64,000 nucleotides of DNA from Octopus vulgaris. Taxonomy: Eukaryota. Positions 55,152 to 64,000 of this stretch are shown in pieces. Positions within the stretch are counted from its first letter, which is position 1. Every line of letters begins with the position of its first letter. The position numbers were made by a program, and so were the translations under genes. The DNA lies in NCBI GenBank assembly GCA_951406725.2, contig OX597840.1:39990001-40054000 (forward strand), written 5' to 3'. The notes beneath the pieces are model-generated. The model did no database searches. It was not told where the DNA came from and saw nothing but the letters and a program-made list of their open reading frames with translations.

Positions 55152-55775
55152 TATATATATATATATATATATATATAATTGTTTGTGTGCCTGGTTGTCT
55201 GTATTTGTGCATGAGCGTAATAATGTGCTGCTGGTTAAACTCGAACCTGAAAACGCATGATTTGCGACCCGATCCACTTCAGCCCTTCTCTCTATACAGC
55301 CTCACCTGCACCAATATTCGTTCACTTTGCTGCTGCATTACATCCCATTCTTTGATCTTTCCAACGCTAATCCAATTTCCAGAGAAAATTTTCCTGATTT
55401 GATTTACAAATCGATCGATTTGCTTTAACATTCTTGGGATCAAAGGCAACAACAAAAAATAATAGATCTGCAGGAATCGTTCTTGCGAATTCAGAGGTTA
55501 TTGAGTAAGATTAATAAATGCTTTCCTTACCTTTTCCCTAACACCCAATAAAACGTTACCACGCTTTCTTCTTCTGATGTGAAGTCGTTCCAAGTCCGAT
55601 TTATTGTGTAATACGATGTATAATGAGAGGCCTCGTTGTCTTAACATCTATATTATCTTGTAGTGCTGCTGTGTTATGTTCCACTGCAACGCTTCAGGAG
55701 TGCGGGGTTAGGGTCTTGCTTCGTGTCTTAGGTTCACGCATACACACGTAGATACACATACACAAAAACACATAC

Positions 55776-55816
<41 letters not shown>

Positions 55817-55925
55817 AACAGACATATATATGTATACAGATATATATGTATATAGATATATATGGTTATATATATATACACACACACACACAAATACACG
55901 TTAAGATAGACTGACAAAAATATCC

Positions 55926-55994
<69 letters not shown>

Positions 55995-56023
55995 TAGATA
56001 GACAGACAGACAGATAGATAGAC

Positions 56024-56113
<90 letters not shown>

Positions 56114-56179
56114 CGATAGATAGATAGATAAGAAGGTAGGTAGGTAGGTAGGTAGGTAGATGGATAGATAGATAAATAA

Positions 56180-56211
<32 letters not shown>

Positions 56212-56220
56212 GTAAATATG

Positions 56221-57147
56221 TTTCTTTATTAGCCACACAGGGCTGCACACAGATAGAACAAATTACAAGGTAGAGCTTTTCTTTTGAATGTTTAAAAAAA
56301 AAAAAAAAAAAAAAAAAGTAAGGGGGAGTTTCGATCAAAAGGGATCGTAAAAGGAGAGAAGGAGGACAAAAAAAGGGGGTTAAAAAAAGGGGGAGAGGAA
56401 AAAAAAAAAAAAAAAATTGATCAATAGGGATCGTTATCACAGAAATGTCAATATGAAGTGTAAAGGGGAGGACAGGTGAGGTTTACCCGTGGAAAGAAAA
56501 GCCTACGGAAAAGACCACGGTAACCTCGGTCAATGAAGTCACATTTTATATTTCTTTTTTTTTTTTTTTTTTTTTTTGCAAATAAGCAACTCTCTGTTTT
56601 CGATTTCTGGGTTCATAGGACTATGCTCAAGGTGGCTTCGTCATTCATACGTGCCATTCTTGCTACATTCACCCATCTTTTTTTAAAACATTCGCTAGAC
56701 AAAACTTGCCTCTCTACTCTCACTTTCCTTTTCAAGTGGTACTTGAAGAAGTTGATGAGAGATTGACCAGAGAGGAAAGTGTTTGTCTCCAATCCTTTCA
56801 GACGCGTCCACCAGATACATTCTTTCGCCATAGCCACAAGGATGATGAAAATAGCTCTTCCTTCCCGTTTGAAGGAAGGAGGCGTGACAATATTGACGAT
56901 AGACTCAGCTGATAAACCGACTCGTCCCACACGTGACAGCAGTTGTTCGACATAAGCCCACAGGTCGGAAATTGTTGGACACTGAACGAGTGCGTGCAGA
57001 ACGGTTTCGTCGCTCTGACCGCATCTCGGGCAGGTCGGCCCCGTGTTTCTCGAGCCGTGTCTGTAGAGCTTATCCCGAACGGGTAGCGCTTCTCGGTAGC
57101 ACTGCCAGGCCAGGGATCTCTGGAAGTTGTCCATGGGCCCTGGCCCA
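56221..57147 (-). mobile_element. Tx1/L1-clade LINE, 5'-truncated (ORF2 C-terminal zf-RVT region plus 3' UTR), within (GATA)n
   Basis: SLAWQCYREALPVRDKL...CPRCGQSDETVLHALVQC....LW...IWWTR, stop at 56613; T-rich 3' UTR ending AATAAAGAAA. Confidence 0.88.
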
Positions 57148-57152
57148 GATAA

Positions 57153-57208
<56 letters not shown>

Positions 57209-57278
57209 GAAGGTAGGTAGGTAGGTAGGTAGGTAGGTAGGTAGTGGATAGACAGATTGATAGATAGATAAATAAATA

Positions 57279-57390
<112 letters not shown>

Positions 57391-57449
57391 GAAGGTAGGT
57401 AGGTAGGTAGGTAGGTAGTGGATAGACAGATTGATAGATAGATAAATAA

Positions 57450-57559
<110 letters not shown>

Positions 57560-58571
57560 GGATGGATATTATATCCAAAATTGTCAGCATCTTTACGATA
57601 ACAGTAACAACATCATCCCCATGAGCGTCTCCCCATCACCGTCATCATAATCTTTATGAGAAATGCTCCTCCTCCTCCTCATTATTATTATTATCATTAT
57701 TATTATTATTATTATCATTAATTATCATTATCTTTTTACCATTAGTATTATTATGAGGATAGTGGTGGTCGTCGTGATGGTGGTGGTGGTGGTGGAGGTG
57801 GTGGTTATCGTGGTTTGAATGTAACGATGATAATGATGATGATGATGATGATGAGGAGGAGGAGGAGGAGGAGGAGGAGGGGAGGAAGAAGAGGAGGGAG
57901 GGGATATTGCTAATCTTCGCCATGTTCATTATCATCATTATCTCCCCTCCATCACCACCACCACCACCAGATTACTTGGTGTACCAACCAATCAGTGCTT
58001 CCTTCATCAAAAAGATCTTCTTTCTGCTGCTGCTGCGGCCACTGCTGCTGCCACTATGGCTTCCACAATTAAATAGAGTTGAGCGGGCATCATTGAATGT
58101 CAACTGATTACATTTGTGTGTAATTCTATCAACTCATTATTGAATCGCCTTCAAATATAAAAGAGAACTACACTTTTCAATACTGCCGGTTCACCAGCTT
58201 ACGTTGGAGTGGCTAATCCGTACACACATGCACAAACACACACATTCACACACAAAGGCACACTGGCATCTATATACACGTATTTGCGAATCTGTGCTTG
58301 TATGTGTGTGTATGTATATATATGTATACATGTATACATATATATGTGTGTATATGTATATATACATATAACCACTTATGTATATGGGTATATGTGTTTA
58401 TGTGTGTGTGCGTATGCGTGCACATTCATGTTTGTGCGTGTGTAGAAATGAGTGTATATATATATATATATATGTACACATTACAGACTCAGCAAACAAC
58501 AACTGTGTGTTGAGTTCGTCTTTTCGTAATGACTGTAATTAGAAAAAGATCTTTAATATTGACATATCACG

Positions 58572-58635
<64 letters not shown>

Positions 58636-58762
58636 CATATATATACGTATATATATATGTGTGTGTATATATAAATATATATATATATATATATACATAA
58701 ACATATATACATATGTATATTTACATAAACATGCATATATAAACACATTTCTTCTACATATA

Positions 58763-58852
<90 letters not shown>

Positions 58853-58903
58853 TATATATACATATGTATATTTACATAAACACACATATAGAAACACATT
58901 TTT

Positions 58904-58971
<68 letters not shown>

Positions 58972-59100
58972 ACATATATAAACGCATTTCTATATATATA
59001 TGTAAAAACACATTTTGTTTGATACATATATATGTATATAATATATATATATACATATGTAGGTATATATATATTTGTAAGTTCGTACGTATGTATGTAT

Positions 59101-59159
<59 letters not shown>

Positions 59160-60096
59160 TGTCTATGTGTGTGTGTGTGCTTGTGTGATGCTGTGTTTTC
59201 TGGCTGCAAAGATATCATTAATTATTTGACAATAATTATGGATGTCAGCGGAAGATATCAACTGAGAATGTAGGAGGCAATATCGACGCTGAACCAATTT
59301 TCCAAAATGTCGCTGACGTTTTAATAACCCGTATGAAGCTCTAAGTAGCAAAAATATCATTAGCCGCTAGATTTTAGATTGGTCAAGAGGTATCGTGTAT
59401 GCGCCGTCTGATGAAGATCTTCGTCAGGACACTTAATGTTTGACTTTTACGTAGTTTTCTAGCATTAATTAATGGCTTATTAAAATTCTACGAGAAGTTG
59501 GTCAGATCATTTGAGGTGATAAATTTAGGAACTATCTTAATCAGCGTTGTCCTACTTTTGAATTTTAATAAACTATTATGTTTTGTCACTTTAGATCGAT
59601 CCTAGACCAGATCTGATTGATAATTTTCTGTGGGTTTTTTTCTGGTAGGTAATGGCCGCCCATGTGGGCTAGTACTTTTTCAGGGTCAGCAATATGCTGC
59701 AATTGTAGGGCGGAATTTTTCTTGAAACAGGAATCCTGTCCTATGCACTTGCACATAACATGGTCGCAAGAGTGACCATCTGGTAAGAAGCTTGCTTCAC
59801 AACCTCGTGGCAACTTGAGCAAGTGTCAAGATTGCCCCCCTCCCAGTTGTTACGACCTCACAAATTGGTCAAGTGTTTTCGATTATTGCTTCGGGCCAAC
59901 AAAAGGTCCGCGAACAATTGTGAGAGGATTCGGTATAAAGAAACCGAACGAAAGCTGCTCTCTCTCTCTCTCCCTCTTTCTCTCTCTATCTCTCTCTCTC
60001 TCTCTTTCTCTCTTTCTCTCTCTCTATTTCTCTCTCTCTTTCTCTCTCTCTCTCTATCTCTCTCTCTGTATATATATATACATTACATATATAATG

Positions 60097-60246
60097 TACA
60101 ATTGACGGATATTTGTCCTCGTCTTGTTTGTTGTTAACACAATGTTTCGGCTGATATACCCTCCAGCATTTATGAGGCGTCTTTTCCCTGAAGGCAGGAG
60201 GGTTCATCAGCCGAAAGAAGATAAGGACAAATATCCGTCAATTGTA
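60097..60246. repeat. Inverted pair of Penelope-like termini with degenerate hammerhead motifs
   Basis: TACAATTGACGGATATTTGTCCT...TTTCGGCTGAT versus ATCAGCCGAAA...AGGACAAATATCCGTCAATTGTA. Confidence 0.8.
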
Positions 60247-60280
60247 AGTAATGTACATAATACCTCATCACTAAAATATA

Positions 60281-61142
60281 TATCGACCCCAAAAGGATGA
60301 AAAGCAAAGTCGACCTCGGCGGAATTTGAACTCAGAACGTAACGGCGGACGAAATACCTATTTCTTTACTACCCACAAGGGACTAAACACAGAGAGGACA
60401 AACAAGGACAGACCAAGAGATTAAGTCGATTATATCGACCCCAGTGCGTAACTGGTACTTGTTTAATCGACCCCGAAAGGATGAAAAGCGAAGTCGACCA
60501 CTGCAGAATTTGAACTCAGAACGTAACGGCAGAAGAAATACCTATTTCTTTACTACCCACAAGGGGCTAAACACAGAGGGGACAAACAAGGAAAGATAAC
60601 GGATTAAGTCGGTTACATCGACCCCAGTGCGTAACCGGTACTTAATTTATCGACCTCGAAAGGATGAAAGGCAAAGTCGACCTTGGCGGAATTTGAACTC
60701 AGAACGTAACGGCAGAAGAAATACCTATTTCTTTACTACCCACAAGGGGCTAAACACAGAGGGGACAAACAAGGAAAGATAACGGATTAAGTCGGTTACA
60801 TGGACCCCAGTGCGTAACCGGTACTTAATTTATCGACCTCGAAAGGATGAAAGGCAAAGTCGACCTTGGCGGAATTTGAACTCAGAACGTAACGGCAGAA
60901 GAAATACCTATTTCTTTACTACCCACAAGGGGCTAAACACAGAGGGGACAATCAAGGACAGACAAACGGATGAAGTCGATTACATCGACTCCAGTGCGTA
61001 ACTGGTAATTAACTTATTGACCCCGAAAGGATGAAAGGCAAAGTCGACCTCGCCGGAATTTGAACTCAGAACGTAGCGGCAGACGAAATACCGCTAAGCG
61101 TTTCGCCCGGGATGCTAACGATTCTGCCAGCTCGCCTCCTTA
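60281..61142 (-). repeat. SINE B tandem array: head plus 4 body-tail units (about 183 bp) plus partial body
   Basis: GAAATACC at about 60351, 60535, 60718, 60901 and 61086; only the last continues into the head. Confidence 0.95.
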
Positions 61143-61484
61143 CCTTTAAGTAATATTGATGCCATAATAACAAAACACAAAAGAGTTCATTTCCTTCTCT
61201 CTCTTTTTCCCTCTCTCTCCCTCTCTCTTACCTGCCCAAAAGGTTCAACTACCAATGTAACGAGGTTGTTCAGCACTAAACTCTTACCATTTTCACCATT
61301 TCTTTCTTTCAGATAATAATTTAAAAGCTAATTACTAACTTCATAAAACTAATTTTTTCTCCACAACACACACACAAAAAAGAAACAGACAAATATACTA
61401 TTATTTCATTTTTTTTTAAATTATAATCGACAAGTTTTTCTTTACCGTATTATTTAGCTAATATTTCTGTGTATCTTTTCACCA

Positions 61485-61554
<70 letters not shown>

Positions 61555-61950
61555 TCTATGTATGTATACATGTATGTATGTTTATATATATATACATATA
61601 TTTATATATACACATATATATGAAAGTCTGTATATATATGTACACATATATACGCATATATACATATATATGTGAATGTATATATGAATATTCATATATA
61701 TGTATACATATGTACGCATATATATACATATTTATACATATATATACATATATATACATCCATGTATATATATATAGATATATAGATATATGTATATATA
61801 TATATATATATACTAAGCAGACAGACAACTGTGAAATGACGCATTATACACATATAAATATATATTCATTTATGGTGACTTAAACTTATACATGGTGTGT
61901 GCATGTGTGTGTGTGTTGTTGCTTTATCATCCAAATTGTTGCTGTTATTC

Positions 61951-62012
<62 letters not shown>

Positions 62013-62050
62013 TTCATCATCATCATCTTCATCATCATCATCATCATCTC

Positions 62051-62086
<36 letters not shown>

Positions 62087-62091
62087 CATTA

Positions 62092-62123
<32 letters not shown>

Positions 62124-62157
62124 GTCGTTGTTCTTGTTATTGTTGTTCTTTTTGTTG

Positions 62158-62213
<56 letters not shown>

Positions 62214-62215
62214 AT

Positions 62216-62246
<31 letters not shown>

Positions 62247-62291
62247 TTATTATTATTGTCGTTGTTCTTGTTATTGTTGTTCTTTTTGTTG

Positions 62292-62329
<38 letters not shown>

Positions 62330-62465
62330 AATATTATTATTATTATTATTATTTTATTATTATTATTATTATTATTATTATCATGCTTGTTGTTCTGAAA
62401 ACTTTCAACGCCTCAATACCTTGAGGGTGAAACTCCAAATTCATTAATTAAATTATATATTGCAA

Positions 62466-62524
<59 letters not shown>

Positions 62525-62786
62525 TTGTATTTTATTATTTTATTGAAAAAAAAATTAGTGTATAACACAAACAGTCCTCAGACATAACTGTGTGCATACG
62601 CGAAGAGACACACAAGGAAACATATAGGCATACATCGACATACATGTGCGTATGTGTACGTGTGTCTGTGTGTCTATGTGTTGCGGTTATAGTATGGTCT
62701 CTGTAATACTTCAATTATTTGTTAGTTTTTCTTCAGTTTCATTTGTCGCTCAATGATAAAGTTAGCAGCAGTGAAAACCACAGCAT

Positions 62787-62787
<1 letters not shown>

Positions 62788-62831
<44 letters not shown>

Positions 62832-62832
62832 T

Positions 62833-62874
<42 letters not shown>

Positions 62875-62944
62875 AATAATAATAGTAATAATAATAATAA
62901 TAATAATAGTAATAATAATAATAATAATAATAATAGTAATAGTA

Positions 62945-62975
<31 letters not shown>

Positions 62976-63094
62976 TAGTAATAATAATAATAATGATGAT
63001 AATAATAATAGTAATAATAATAACAACAACAACAACAAAAACAACAACAACAATAATAATAATAATAATAATAATAATGATGATGATGATGATG

Positions 63095-63159
<65 letters not shown>

Positions 63160-63186
63160 TATAATAATAATTATAATAATAATTAC

Positions 63187-63245
<59 letters not shown>

Positions 63246-63293
63246 TAAAAAAATAATGATGACAATAATGATAATAATGATAATAATAATAAT
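62788..63293. repeat. (TAA)n/(CAA)n compound microsatellite
   Basis: Seen directly; further TAA/ATT tracts at 34450-34860, 35235-35498, 36164-36590, 62050-62380 and 63917-63995. Confidence 0.95.
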
Positions 63294-63311
63294 ATCAAAA
63301 ATAAGATCAGA

Positions 63312-63914
63312 ATCAAAACTGCTGAGAAATGGTACAAGCACCACCCTGGGGCTGTAACTGAGAGAGAAAATGTAACTATTCTTTGGGACTTCCCAGTATG
63401 TACAGATCTTCCCATCAAGGCAAATAAACCAGATATTGTTATGAAAGACAAAAGTGATAAAGTCTTTTTATTGATTGACATGGGCATACCCTGTGACCAT
63501 GATATCTCGGCAATAGAATTTGATATGTTCAGATAATAGAAAGATATGCTAATCGAAGTCGAAAAGATGTGGCATCTGCAGACGGTTACAATGCCAATGA
63601 TCGCAGAAGCACTTGGAATGGTAAAAAAAGGTACTGAAAATTATTTAAGAATGATTCCTGGCTTACCGTCCATGGAGGAAGTGCAAAAGATTGTCTTAAC
63701 ATATTTTATTTGTTTTACTTTTCTATTTTTTATTTTGTCCTTTTTCTCTCTGTCTTCCTCTTTTACTCTGTCACGTGACTCTGTAAATGAACAATTTGGT
63801 GCACTTGTTTTTAATGGCCTACCAACCAATGAATAGAGTACGTTTCTCTGCCCTAGGTGTCAGAAGGACACTCGGAAAGAAATGAAAACGCAATTGAAAG
63901 TAGATGCTAATGAA

Positions 63915-63915
<1 letters not shown>
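63312..63915 (+). mobile_element. Second R4/Dong-like 3' fragment (RLE domain with stops)
   Basis: IKTAEKWYKHHPGAVTERENVTILWDFPVCTDLPIKANKPDIV...; 3' UTR homologous to 35499-35620; (TAA)n on both sides. Confidence 0.9.
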
Positions 63916-63995
<80 letters not shown>

Positions 63996-64000
63996 TTCTG

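Noticed and set aside
59408-59427. Short palindrome CTGATGAAGATCTTCGTCAG
   Set aside because: Too short and lacks the GAAA half of a hammerhead.

Overview
AT-rich, microsatellite-saturated eukaryotic DNA, intergenic or intronic. The SINE repertoire looks like that of a cephalopod (Octopus-like) genome; this is my recognition, not a database result. No confident host protein-coding gene is present; almost all listed ORFs are translations of simple repeats, and there is one weak candidate exon near 52.0-52.4 kb. The window is a mosaic of transposon debris: three tRNA-headed SINE families (called A, B and C here, two of them expanded into tandem arrays), non-LTR retrotransposon fragments (R4/Dong-like, Tx1/L1-like, RTE, CRE-like, CR1-group), Tc1/mariner fragments, non-autonomous Helitrons, and Penelope-like termini with minimal hammerhead motifs and inverted repeats. 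Main observations: (1) SINE B shares its 3' tail with a Tx1-like LINE inserted in a (GATA)n tract and forms head-[body-tail]n arrays; (2) two unrelated repeat families carry minimal hammerheads with a compensatory U3-A8 core; (3) R4/Dong-like LINEs and a non-coding element sit specifically in (TAA)n; (4) an RTE-like 3' end encodes three C2H2 zinc fingers. Coordinates of degenerate repeats are approximate.
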